Source of the DNA: Octopus vulgaris
Lineage: Eukaryota
Direction of reading: 5' to 3'
NCBI GenBank assembly: GCA_951406725.2
Contig: OX597815.1
Location: 113,646,001-113,710,000 of the forward strand
DNA: 64,000 nt
In this document: positions 12,503 to 24,325 of the stretch, one piece after another
How positions within the stretch are numbered: the first letter of the stretch is position 1
Layout of the letters: each line of letters begins with the position of its first letter
Notes under the pieces: generated by a model
What the model was told of the DNA's origin: nothing
Database searches by the model: none
What the model saw: only the letters and a program-made list of their open reading frames with translations
Translations under genes and position numbers: made by a program

Positions 12503-13225
12503 ATCATCATCATCATCATCATCATTTAGCGTCCGTTTTCCATGCTAGCATGGGTTGGACGGTTCTGCTGGGGTCTGTGAAGCCAGAAGGCTTCATCAGG
12601 CCCAGTCAAATCTGGCAGTGTTTCTACGGCTGGATGCCCTTCCTAACGCCAACCACTCCGTGAGTGTAGTGGGTGCTTTTTACGTGCCACCCGCACTGGT
12701 GCCAGCCAGAGCTGGCAAACGGCCACGAACGGATGGTGTTTTTTATGTGCCACCGGCACGAGGGCCAGGCGAGGCTGGCAACGAACACGAAACGGGGCGG
12801 TGCTGGCAACGGTCGCGAAACGGAAGGTTCTCTTACATGCCACCGGCACTGGTAACACATCTGCAATTTCCATTGATCGATTTCCATTGATCGATTTCGA
12901 TTCTGATCCTCACTTGCCTCAATGGGTCTTCACAAGCAGAGTTTCGACATGCCACCGGCACTGGTAGCACATCCGCAATTTCCATTGATCGATTTCGATT
13001 CTGATCCTCACTTGCCTCAACACGTCTTCACAAGTAGAGTTTTGTGTCCCAAGAAGGGAAGGTATGCATACGTAGGCTGGCTCCATCCCATGTAGAAGGC
13101 CACGGGTTGTGGACTCACTTGTCCTGCCGGGTCTTCTCGCGCACAGCACACTTCCAGAGGTCTCGGTCTCTAGTCATTTCCTCGGTGAGACCTAAAGTTC
13201 GAAGGTCGTGCTTCACCACCTCGTC

Positions 13226-13228
<3 letters not shown>
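12503..13228 (-). mobile_element. RTE LINE 3' end (last ORF codons plus 3'UTR, (GAT)n tail), young, with an internal ~100-bp duplication
   Basis: Reverse complement is collinear with 35163-35918. Contains the CCATGCTAGCATGG palindrome and retains CpGs. Duplicated block at about 12836-12945 and 12948-13043. Confidence 0.9.
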
Positions 13229-13274
<46 letters not shown>

Positions 13275-13500
13275 TAAAAAGCACTGGCACTGGTGCCATG
13301 GAAAAAGTACTAGTGCTGGTGCCATGTAAAAAGCACTGGTGATGGTGCTTTGTAAAAGCACCCAATACACTCTGTAAAGTGGTTGACATTAGGAAGGGCA
13401 TTCAGCTGTAGAAAACGAGCCAAAACAGACTATGGAATCTGGTTCAGCCCCTAGCCTTGTCAGCTCCAGTCAAGCCATCCAGTCCATTGCAAGAAACATG
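13275..13500 (+). mobile_element. RTE-related 3'UTR fragment (older)
   Basis: AAAAGCACCCAATACACTCTGTAAAGTGGTTGACATTAGGAAGGGCATTCAGCTGTAGAAA matches the RTE 3' end. Confidence 0.75.
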
Positions 13501-13519
13501 ATTAAATAATTAAAAAATA

Positions 13520-13825
13520 TTGGTTTCAAATTTTGGCACAAGGCCAGCAGTTTTGGGGAAGGGAAGTAGATTACATCAACCTCAGTGCTCAACTGGTACT
13601 TTTTTTATTGGCCTCGAAAGGATGAAAGATAAAGTTGAACTTGGATAGTTAAAGAATATTAAAATTGGCTCAAATTTAGAGGATAGGTAGAGTCAATTAG
13701 AATGGCACCATGACTCAACTGGCATATATTTTATTGACTTTCGCAAGATGAAAGGCAAAATCAATTTCTGGGATTTGAACTCAGAATGTAAGGGTATACA
13801 ACTATATTACTGGGAGACATTTTGT
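13520..13825 (-). mobile_element. Two adjacent diverged SINE family B copies
   Basis: GGTTTCAAATTTTGGCACAAGGCCAGCA..AACTGGTACTT..GAAAGGATGAAAG motifs, occurring twice. Confidence 0.7.
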
Positions 13826-14404
13826 TCATAATAGTATAGTAAAACCTATTTTAATAGTTCATCCTAGAATTGCATCGTTTTAGTCCAGTTTTAGTTTTTG
13901 TAGTTAGAGTATATAGGCAGTAGGGAAATCCCATGGTTGAGCAGTATGAGGGTTAATTAATACACTGTGCTTGAAACAATTTATTCCTCCCTTCCTCTTC
14001 AACAATTGGTCTTGTTAAATAGAAAAATGAGGATTTTTTCTTTTTTCTTTCTTAATCTTGAAGACAATTGGTGTGGTGGTAAGCAGTTTGTAAATATATT
14101 GTCATTCAGTTTTAATTCTTTTTTGGAATTGGAGTGTCTTTATTAAGTTGTACCCAATAGAAAGAGAGAGTGTGATCAGCACAACTGCAAGTCTATTTCC
14201 TTATAATCTGAAGCCTTTTACATAATTCTAAAATTTAGTATTTTATTAATTTTGGATTTTATGATATAGTAAGTTCATTGGCTGCATTTTGCATGCTTAA
14301 ATGTGCTTCCAAAATCTACTTATTTACTTGGTTTTTTGCTATTATTAAAGTTGTTAGAAAGTCTCTTCTTTAAAATACCCCTTTTAAAGGTGGTTCAACT
14401 TTGA

Positions 14405-14650
14405 CTTCTTTGTGGTCATATTTCTATTGAAATATATTTCCTGTATTTCAGTTAATCTTAAAAATAATCATTTCACTGGGATTTGATAAAATAACTTTTT
14501 CGTTATCAAACACGTGTTGGGAACTTAAAACTTAAAAGAAGGTTCTCTGATAAAATTAAGGCTGAAGATTTCGTTTTAACTATTTTAAGTGAATGCATTT
14601 TGTATTGGAACAGGTGCAGTCACAGACAGGCTGATATCAAAAGGTTTAAT
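14405..14650. mobile_element. Diverged TTAA-type MITE related to the piggyBac MITE family
   Basis: TATTTCTATTGAAATATA.. start similar to 25922/54906; ends GATATCAAAAGGTTTAA. Confidence 0.45.
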
Positions 14651-14674
14651 AAAAAATTCAATTTTAGAATATTA

Positions 14675-14800
14675 GTTTCAAATTTTGGCACTAGGCCAGC
14701 AATCTCAGAGGAGGGGCTAAGTCGATTACATCAACAGCAGTGCTCAATTTGTACTTATTTTATCCACCCTGAAAGGATGAATTGCAAAGTTGACCTTGGT
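14675..14800 (-). mobile_element. SINE family B fragment
   Basis: GTTTCAAATTTTGGCAC..GTCGATTACATC..GTACTTATTTTATC..CCTGAAAGGATGAA..AAAGTTGACCT. Confidence 0.75.
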
Positions 14801-17149
14801 GTGCTAATAATTCTACCACCCAGAAGGGAAATCTCATGGTTGGGCTGTATAAGGGTTGTTTACGTATTCTAATTTGTAATTTTTTTTTACACATACAATG
14901 AAAAACAACATTTTATGTTATGAGAGGGATATATTTACAAATTCTTACAAGTCACCATTTGTAGTACTTCTGTATCACTTAGTATCATTTTTAGATACAC
15001 CAGTGAAATACTTAGCACTTCCTTGTAATAATACTGTCCAAATGTAACTAATCTTCTTTCTCTACTTTCTCTTAGCTTAAGTTCATCTGTCTCAGTATTT
15101 TGAGACTAATTTGTTATCTGGAAACTTTCTTTATTGCTGATTCATGGCTCTTGTTACTGGTTTGCAACTTGACCTTGCTAAAGATGGTGACTGTTTTACA
15201 CAGAAATAGGAAAGATATTTTGTTGACCCTCGAATCATAAACTCTTCACAGACTTGTTAGAATGTGCCTTGTAATCCTGATAAACATCCACTTATTTCAA
15301 GTACTTTATAAACTTATGAGAAATTCTATAAGCTTTTATCCTTTTTGTGATGTCCTGAGATGTTGAGGAATGACAAATTTGATGTTTGTTTTAGTTTTTC
15401 TCTTCTCTAGCTAAACTGATAAGGGTGTTTTCCTTCTTTTAGTATACTTTTAAATGAGAGGGTGTTTTCATTCTTTTAGTATACTTATAATGAAACAAAA
15501 AGCAATTCTACACATCAGGATTTAAGTATTTGCTGCTAGGTAGACTGGGTTCATTGAGTTAGGTAAACTAAGACATGAAAAACAAAAAGTGAATATTATG
15601 ATCAAAGACAAAATATATGCTTATATTTGAACTTGTGACCCAAGATTTAGTAGTTCAATACCTTATCCACATATCTATTTTGCTTTTATATATGTATGTA
15701 ATAGATGTCTTCATGAAAATCTTTTGTAATTAACAAATATATTTATATAGATTTCTATTTTCAACATTTTGTCTCTTATTAAAAAAATATTTTTACTGAG
15801 TCTTTAATTTTTTTTCTTCTGTAGTGACATCAAAGGAGCAAGGGTAGTACCCAAGTCCTAGATAGGTCCTTTGAGACTGATGAAATCAATACAATTGTTT
15901 ATTCTTGAACATTTATAAGCCAATGTGAACAATCTAAGAGATTGAATTTCTGCAGAAGAAAGACTTGATAAGGTGATTAGTATGGGGGCTTGGAGGTGAG
16001 ACTCCAGTGTGATGAGAGGAAAGACAGGTGACCTGGTGGAGGTGGTGTGCAACTAGTTAGTTCAGAGGAATGTGACAGGTGTGTCTGAATGGAAGTGATA
16101 TGCAAGTAGTTAGTTGCTGAGTTTATAAGCAAAAATGTGTATTGGAAGCTATGAAAGAGAGAACTAGAAGTAGTATGAAATTAATAACATGCAGGTTGAA
16201 TAACAGCAACATTGTGTATATAAGAGGGTATCTTTTAATTACAAAAATGAGAGAATTTACAGGTCTCTAATTTCTAGATATATGAAAGAATTGTAAATGA
16301 TGCAAAACTGATGCAAAAATTGAACAATTAGTAGTCAGAAACAATGAGGGAATCTCTCTATAATTGCTTGACTTGCTAGAAGTAACAGTAAATCTTTCTT
16401 GTAACAAACCCTATTATCTTTAAAATGAGGATACCTTGAATAATGTAGTCCTTGACACATGATGCCTGAAAAAAGATAAAATGATTATGGCTGGGATACC
16501 TATGATCATGAATACACAGATCATAAAATATGCAATTAGTTCCTTATGATGTTATAATAGCAGATATAGAGGCATAATCAAATTCCATCAGCTGTATTTC
16601 CTCTACTCTTATCTTTGTACTTTGTCAAGAAATTGACATTATTGTAACAATCTCTTTGAACTTTATTGCCAAAAGTACTCAAGTTTTGTGTCAAAGTATT
16701 TCATATATGTTGCTGTTAGTGCCAAATGTCATTTAAGAAAACTTCCAGATGGGCCACACATACTTCTCAATACAGTTCCTGTAGATATTATCCAATATAC
16801 ATGTATATATGTGTGTGTGTGTGTATACATATGTATATGTGTGTGTATATATATAGTTTATTAAGATAAGATCAACAAAAAAGTACATACATATATATAT
16901 AATGTATATATTTATTTTATTGTTAAGATAAGATCAGCAAAAAAGTACTCCATTCAGTGAGAGATAAATATTTAATGTATAAAAATAAGCACTACTAATA
17001 GTTTATTGCTGTGAAGACACATGGCTAGGCATGTTACAAATACCTGCCCAGCCACCTGTCTTCACAGCAAGGAACTATTAGTAGCGCTTATCTTTATACT
17101 GTGTATATTAAATGATATGTATGTATTTATAAATGTATGTAGAATATAT

Positions 17150-17397
17150 GTGCTATTGTCTCCTTGCCTTGATGTCATGTGATAGTTGAAGATGAATGTC
17201 TCCATAATTGCAGTGTTGTTTGTTCCCACATTTCTGTGAAAAACATGTCTGATCATGGGAAAATATTACCTTGGTAACAGGCGAGGGTTTGTAACAGGAA
17301 GGACATCCGACTAGAAAATCCACCTCAAAAGTTTCTGTTGGACTCTTGTAAGCAATGGAAAAGTGAGTGTTAAAACAATGACGATGATGATGATGTT
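17150..17397 (+). mobile_element. Retroposon 3' end with (GAT)n tail (RTE-tail related); inverted relative at about 45315-45530
   Basis: GGGAAAATATTACCTTG..ACAGGAAGGACATCC..TAGAAAAT..ATGGAAAAGTG..GTTAAA..(GAT)n. Confidence 0.6.
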
Positions 17398-18327
17398 CCT
17401 TTGTCAACATTCGTTTTTGAGGAGATTTTGGAATTCAGTAAAGCCAAGTTATCTCTTCGTCAAAGTTTCATTTAAGTAAAATGCTTGTCGGTGTTCAGGA
17501 TGATGTAGTATAGTGTTTTTTTAATCAAATTGAGTTAATGCTTTTAGGTAAGAAATAATTTCTAAAATATAAAATCTTCCCTTATACTATCAGATCAGAC
17601 AGTTCTGAAAATTCAGGTATTTGTGTTTTGTTCGAATATTTTTACATCACTAAATGCTCTTCATAGTGTTTATATTTACATCTTTTGAAGTGATAACTGT
17701 GGTGTTAAATCTTAACCTGAGACAACTAGAACAGTGTCTCTCACCTACAGATACACTGTAATGTTGTATGTTGTACTTTTTTTAGATCATCCAGACACTT
17801 TGTCTCTGAAGTTGCTGCACCTTTAAATTATTATTTTTAACCCCATTATACCAGATTAGTCATTTCATTGTTCTTAATTTTATTTTTGCTGTCAAACCTA
17901 AGGCCATACTTGAGTGCTGCCTTCATACTGGAACATGAGTGTAGGAAGTAAGAATTTAGGTTTCTTGTATTTCTTCAATTATTTTTTTTTCTTTCTCTCA
18001 GTAACAGTAAAACCTAAATTATGACTAATTTATTTAGAAGGAATTGTAACAAATTAAAAATAACTTAACAGATTTACTTGTAAAGCTAGTTGTATGTAAC
18101 AGTTATTTTCCATACATGATGTCTGTTTATGGTAATGTTCTTTGTTTATAAGTTATAAAAACAAAATTAAAAAAGGGCTCTTTTACACATTTGTTGTCAC
18201 TAGACATTAAGTTAAAAAAATTAAAACTTCATGTAATTTAATTTTTTTTTTGCTATAATGAAGTATAAAACCAAAACTTTTACATGACTAATATATATTT
18301 ATTTTATTAGATATATTATTATTATTA

Positions 18328-19650
18328 AGGCAGTAAGCTGATAGAATCATTAGCACGCCTGGTGAAATGCTTAGCAGTATTTCATCTGCTGCTATGTTCT
18401 GAGTTCAAATTCCACTGAGGTACACTTTACTTTTCATCCTTTTGGGGTCGATAAATTAAGTACCAATTGAACACTGGGGTTGATGTAATTGACTCATCCT
18501 CTCCCCCAAAATGGCTGCCCATGTGGCAAAAATTTGAAACCTTTCTTGTTATTATTATTAAGATGGTGAGCTGGCAGAAACGTTAGCATGCCTGGGCTAA
18601 ATGCTTAGCAGTATTTATCCATCTTCACGTTCTGAGTTCAAATTCTGCTGAGGTTAACTTTGCCTTTCATCCTTTCGGGGTTGATAAAATCAGGGTTGTG
18701 AAGTTGGAGTCAGAAACTATTAAGGAGTAGCTGGAGTCGGTAAAACTATATTGACTCTGACTCCGATTCACAATATCTTTATTCTTTAATATAAAAGTAT
18801 AAACCAGTTATAACAAATAGACCTACTCAAAGTACAAGCTTATGCATATGCTTTATGAGATATGTAGACCACAATCACTTAATTACATAAAGAGGAGTCA
18901 GAGTCGGAGGAACCAATAGTAGGAGAGTCAGAATCAAAGTTTTTTGTTTCGACTCCACTGCCCTGGATAAAATAAGTGTGAGTGAAACACCAGGCTTGAT
19001 GTAATTGACTCATCCCCTCCTCCAAAATTGCTGCCCTTGTGGCAAAATTTGAAACCATTATTATTATCATTATGAAGGTAGCAAACTGGCAGAATCGTTA
19101 GCATGCCAGGTGAAATGCTTAGCAGTATTTCATCTGCTGCTACATTCTGCGTTTCAATTCCACCGAGGTCAATTTTACCTTTCATTCATTCATGATTGAT
19201 TAAATAAGTATCAGTTACACACTGGGATTACACACTTAATCCCCTCCCCCAAGTTTCAGGCCTTGTACCTATAGTACAAAGGATTATTATTATTATTGAG
19301 GCTGCAAGCTGGCAGAATTGTTAGAATGATGGTTGAAATGCTTAACGGTATTCACTATGTTCTGAGTTCAAATTCCTCCTAGGTCGACTTTGCTTTTATC
19401 CTCACAGGGTTGATAAATTAAGTACCAGTGAAATTTTGGGGCTGATGTAATTGACTAGTCCCCTCCCCCAAAACTTCAGGCTTTGTGCCTATAATAGAAA
19501 GGATTATTATTATTTGTTGTTGTTGTTGTAAGGAAGGTAGGTAGCAAAAACAGTAGAGTACTTTGGTATCTCCTGTAATCGTATTACAACATTCTGAGTT
19601 CAAATCCTACCAGGGCTGCCTTTATTTTCCAACTCTCTGGGGTTCAGTTA
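18328..19650 (+). mobile_element. Head-to-tail array of five SINE family B copies (Meta-domain-like core) separated by (TTA)n
   Basis: Units start at about 18328, 18560, 19075, 19299 and 19530. The first four carry (CT)GGCAGAA..TTAG..AAATGCTTA..TTCTGAGTTCAAAT..CTTTTCATCC..GATAAA; the fifth is more degraded. Confidence 0.85.
18691..18965. mobile_element. hAT-superfamily MITE nested in a SINE B copy
   Basis: Ends CAGGG..CCCTG with a perfect 8-bp TSD GATAAAAT (18683-18690 and 18966-18973) and subterminal GGAGTC(G/A) repeats. Confidence 0.85.
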
Positions 19651-19717
19651 AAATAGTATATATAGTAGCTTGATTATATATATGATAATCTCTCTCCCCT
19701 TCCCTCTCTATCTCTCT

Positions 19718-20286
19718 CATGTTTGGTTGGAGGGATGCTTGAGTTTGTCCATAAGCTTTGTAGTGTGGTCTTTCCTCTTGTTCTTGATGGCCTGGGATAA
19801 AAATTGGCCCTTTCTCAACTTGTATGAGGAATACTGAATGTCTTCATGCACTCCCTGCCTGATAAGAAACTCAGATACTCCCATGTCCCTGGTGATGGAT
19901 CTGATTGACTTGAAGGAATTGTTGTCAATCATGGCCTGGATTTCACCAACAAATTCAGTAGTTCTTTTCTTATCAGAATGATCAGAGTGAGTTTTCCAAG
20001 CTGCCATAATTTCATAATCACCACTAGACTCATCCAACTCTTTCTGAAGCCTCTGCACTGTCCTCTGATTAACACCCAAACACTCTGAAATGTTCATTTA
20101 GGAGCTTCTGGCATGAATGCCAAGCAGTACAGCATGTCGTTTCCAAATTTCCAGTGAAGTGCTGTTTTCCTCACAAACAGTGCCCAACTGACTCTACTAT
20201 ACTGTGTAGTTGACAAAATCAAAAACAAACAATGCACATGCGTGAAATTAAATATGTAAAATGGTGACAATATATCCATCGCACCC

Positions 20287-20288
<2 letters not shown>
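19718..20288 (-). mobile_element. Tc1/mariner (maT/DD37D-like) transposon, 5' TIR plus N-terminal transposase fragment
   Basis: ORF 19717-20097 has HTH-type ISECLGVNQRTVQRLQKEL and KSIRSITRDMGVSEFLIRQGVHEDIQYSSYKLRKGQFLS. The 5' end CAGGGTGCGA abuts (TA)n. The catalytic domain is missing, so the subfamily is tentative. Confidence 0.8.
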
Positions 20289-20340
<52 letters not shown>

Positions 20341-20749
20341 TATTCTGTTTTATTGTGCTGTCAATCACGTCTTTCCATTTCTGCACCTACATATATTATG
20401 TTTCTGCTGCAACTCAGTGTACACTGCAAAATTTTGCATCTTGCTGTGCATTTTGGTGTTAATCGCCACTTCTTCAGGGCGCTATTAAATGCATTCTTCT
20501 CTACTGACAACATTTAGTCTCTATAAAGACATATGGATTTACTGATGTGAAAATCTACTGAGGATAGTAAAATAAACTAACTGGAGTTTTACTATGCTCA
20601 CAGCATCTAACCAACATTATTAATTGGTAAAAGTGAATGCAGTACCCACAAGGATTATATATTCCTGCTAACCTAATTTGGAAATTTACCTTTATATCAT
20701 CAGTAAGATATAAATCCAAAAAAGAAGCACACCCCAAGTTATAGAGCAG

Positions 20750-21120
20750 TATATAATATAAATAAAGTTAGATAAGGCCTGTTTATGGGAATACTCTGGG
20801 TTGCCTCGCTAGAGAGGCTTTAACCCTTTTGTTATCAACCCAGCTGAAACCAGCTCTGGCTCTGAGTACAAATGTCTTGTTTTCATGAGTTTTGAATTAA
20901 AATCTTCCTTCAAACCTTAGTCACAATTTATGTTCCTAACACTAGCTTAATGATAACTAAGTTATTTTACTAAATTCTTTGTTATATTTAAAGTAATTGA
21001 AAGAGACACAGAGCATCTCAAAATAAATACAGTAACGAAAGGGTTAAGCACTTTATGGACGTGAAACCCAGAGTAATACCATAAACCAGCCTTATCTAAA
21101 TTAATTTACATTATATATAT
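20750..21120. repeat. Palindromic element (~55-bp imperfect inverted arms) split by a MITE insertion
   Basis: TTAGATAAGGCCTGTTTATGGGAATACTCTGGGTT (about 20768-20802) is the imperfect reverse complement of AACCCAGAGTAATACCATAAACCAGCCTTATCTAA (about 21066-21100). Confidence 0.75.
20824..21043. mobile_element. piggyBac-derived MITE family 1 (complete, 220 bp)
   Basis: TTAA|CCCTTTTGTTA ... GTAACGAAAGGG|TTAA. Confidence 0.9.
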
Positions 21121-22002
21121 ATATATATATATAATGTATTAGCTTGATTAAACCAAATCATCTATTTCTATCTCAAAATATTACACTGGGTGTATTCATG
21201 AGCTGTAAGCCTCCAATGAATTTTGCTAAGGTTGATGTCTTTCATCATTGCACTATGGAAAAATAAGTACCTTTGAAGTATTTAGGTCAATTCAGTTGTC
21301 TATGCTCCTCTCCAAAATGTGTCACCTTCTGTCAAAGTTAAAAATCAATACTATTATTAGCATTAGTACTTAGTCACACTTTCTTTTTATAGATTTGTCA
21401 AGAGAGAAGAGCTAGTGTTTATGACCTTTGCAGGTTCTTTCCGCATTTGCATGGTTGATATCCAGCCTGAATATCTGTAGGACAGTGTCTGCAGGAAGGA
21501 CATGGGCAGAAGAGAACATGGTTATGTGAGCCAAGTTTCAATGTTTTGCAGAAGAGGGAACACAACCACAAGTACCCTAGGACTAATTAGTGGTAGTAGT
21601 TGTTTGGGGTCAGGTCAGCCCTTGATTGAGCAAACCTATAATCAAAGGTATTCCAATTGTATCCATCCTGTCTTTTTTATTTTTGATGTAGTGAAGACAG
21701 TGGGGGTGTGAATTGGCTGCTATTTCTAACTAACTTCTCCAAATGTTGGTTTTAGGTACTTGGTTTCACTTACATTATAAACCTGCCAATCCTTCCTCCT
21801 GTAGATGTTAATCTCCACTTTTTCTCAGTACTTTTTTTTTATCTCTCTCAAAATATAGAAAATTCAATCAGTCAAACCTTGTAGACTTAAAAGGTGTTGA
21901 ACTCCTCCAAATCCACTGTAAGCATTTTTTGTTTTGTTTCTTGGCAGTACATTTCATTCTGTGGCTACTTCAGTTTGCCTGGTTGCCAGATATATTTTCC
22001 TT

Positions 22003-22346
22003 TAATTTGTTTCAGTCTTTGGACTGTGGCTATGCTGGGACACTGCCCTGAAGACTTAGTTGAACAAATTGACTCCAGGGTTTTTTTTTTTAATTTGTTA
22101 CTTATGCTATCAGTATTTTATTCTGAAGCATTATGTTTTGGTGATGTAAACAAACCAACACCAGTTGTCAAGTGTTGGTGGCAACAAACATAAAGATGCA
22201 TGTGTACACACACACACGTGTATATACAATGGGCTTCTTCCAGTTTCTGTTTACCAGATCCACTCACAAGACTTTGGTCAGCTGAGGACTATAGTAGAAG
22301 ACACTTGTTCAAGGTGCCATGTAGTGGAACTGAACCTGGAACCATG
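22003..22346 (-). mobile_element. SINE family A, diverged
   Basis: Reverse complement of 11964-12335 with CpG decay. Confidence 0.8.
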
Positions 22347-24109
22347 TAGGCACCAAATCTAAAGGAATGATTTATCTCTAAGGCTAAGCCCATGTCACTG
22401 TTGCCTTCGTTAGGTCTTTGGAGACATTTCTAATTTATTAATAAATAAATAAAAGCAGTGCAGAAATATTTCAATGTCCCTGGCGGCATATGGAACTGTT
22501 GAGGAGCTATGAAATAATTTCAGTGCTGATGGATGCCAAAGTTGTAATTTGATACTTATTTTTAGTGAATTCTACAAATGTAATTAAATAATTAAATTAA
22601 TTAAAACAGCAAAGATATAAATAAAGAATTAAATATGTTACTTCCTCTCTTTTTGTGTTTGTTTCTCTTCTTTTTCAGTTTCTTACGTCTTATGACTTTC
22701 TTTCTTTCTGTCTTCTTATCTCCCTCTCTTTCTGTTTGTGTTTAACAACATGAAGTTTCAACTACCAACTTGGGATTGCATCAACTCCAGCATATTACAG
22801 CTTGTTTCATTCCACATCAAAGCTATGAGCTAAAGCATTTCAACCACGATAATACCATATTATTTTCAGATGTAGTGCATCAAGATCTACATTATGCGAC
22901 GTGTCCTTCTTTTAAGAGGAGAAATATTTGGTTGATATTTCTAGCAGGTTAAGTGAGGATTTTTTGCTGGTTATGTCTATGTGATTTACTGGTTGTTGCT
23001 GTTAACTATCCCTCTGTCAGCCTTGTTCGAACATTCTGGCTATGACAATCATGTCTTTTTTGTGTGTTCAGCATTACTTTATCTAATGTGTCTCATCATC
23101 ATTATCATCATTTAATGTCCGCCTTCCATGCTAGCATAGATTTTTTCCAAAATTATCAAGTGTTACTTGAAGGATATTTATTTGTTATTTCTAGTAGGTT
23201 GAGTGACTGCTTTAGACTTATATTGATATATTGACTTATACTCGGATATTGATGTTGACTATTGACTTATTCATTTATATTGATATATTGGTGTTAACTG
23301 ATTGAAATCTCATATTATAATGATTATGACTGAGATTTCTTAATTTGAATACTTTATAGTATAGCCTATCCAAGGTAAATTGCTATTAAAATGGTTAACC
23401 ATCTTTTCTAATGCTCCCTCCCCCAGATCTCCCAAGTAATATTTTGGTATATCACTTGTATGAGAAAATCTGATGTAACCAACTTTCTTAGAATTGCATA
23501 TTTTGAGAGCTATATCTTTGCCCATGTTTTCTTTTCATCTAACCTGCAGTATTAGCTTTAATCTCACCTATTTGTCTTATTCTTAGTCTCTAAAAAGGCA
23601 CTAAAAGCATTACTTTTTTTGATAAGACTAACTAAAAATTGATTAAATAAATAACTATGGCTTCAGTTGGAAAGTTCAATCTTGCATTCAGTGTATCTTT
23701 CATTTTTCAAGTTAGTTTAACATCTTTTTTCCAAACTGGTATAGGTTTGGACAGGTTCACTCCATCAAAGCACTTTGCCTCTCGTTGCAGTTCTTTTAAA
23801 AATAAATATCTCTTACCTGATAAGATTAGATGTCCTAAATTCTTAAGAACCACTTGACAGGTTTTGTAAGGGATATGAAAGGATATGCTTAAGATTGTGG
23901 CACCCTTTTTATTGCATGAGATGAAGCAAATATGAATTATAAAATTAAGCAATTAGTATAAGGGATAGATATTACTGGTACTTAGTTTAACAAATTTTAT
24001 AGAATCAAAAATAAATTCAACTTCAGTAGGATTTGAATTCAGAGCTTAGAAGAATGAAGCTCACTATTGTACTTCTCTTTCCATCGTATATTCACCCTTA
24101 TTATTCTAC

Positions 24110-24325
24110 TCATCATCATCACCATCATCATTTAACATTTTCCATACTGACATGGGTTGGATAGCTTGGCAAGGCCAGCCCTGCACCAGGTTCCATAGTC
24201 TGTTTTGGTTTGGTTTTGGGTGCCCTTCCTAATACCAACCACTTCACAGTGTAAGGAGTGCTTTTTACGTAGCACTTTCATTGCTTTTTATGTGACACTA
24301 TCACCAGTGCTTTTCACGTAGCACC
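24110..24325 (-). mobile_element. RTE 3'-tail fragment
   Basis: (CAT)n TTAAC..TTCCAT..CATGGGTTGGA..CTGCACCAGG..TGCCCTTCCTAA..CCAACCAC. Confidence 0.75.

Noticed and set aside
23340-23952. Non-repetitive ORFs of 61-81 aa (also 30914-31160 and 61187-61505)
   Set aside because: No recognisable motifs or convincing splice signals; lengths are compatible with chance.
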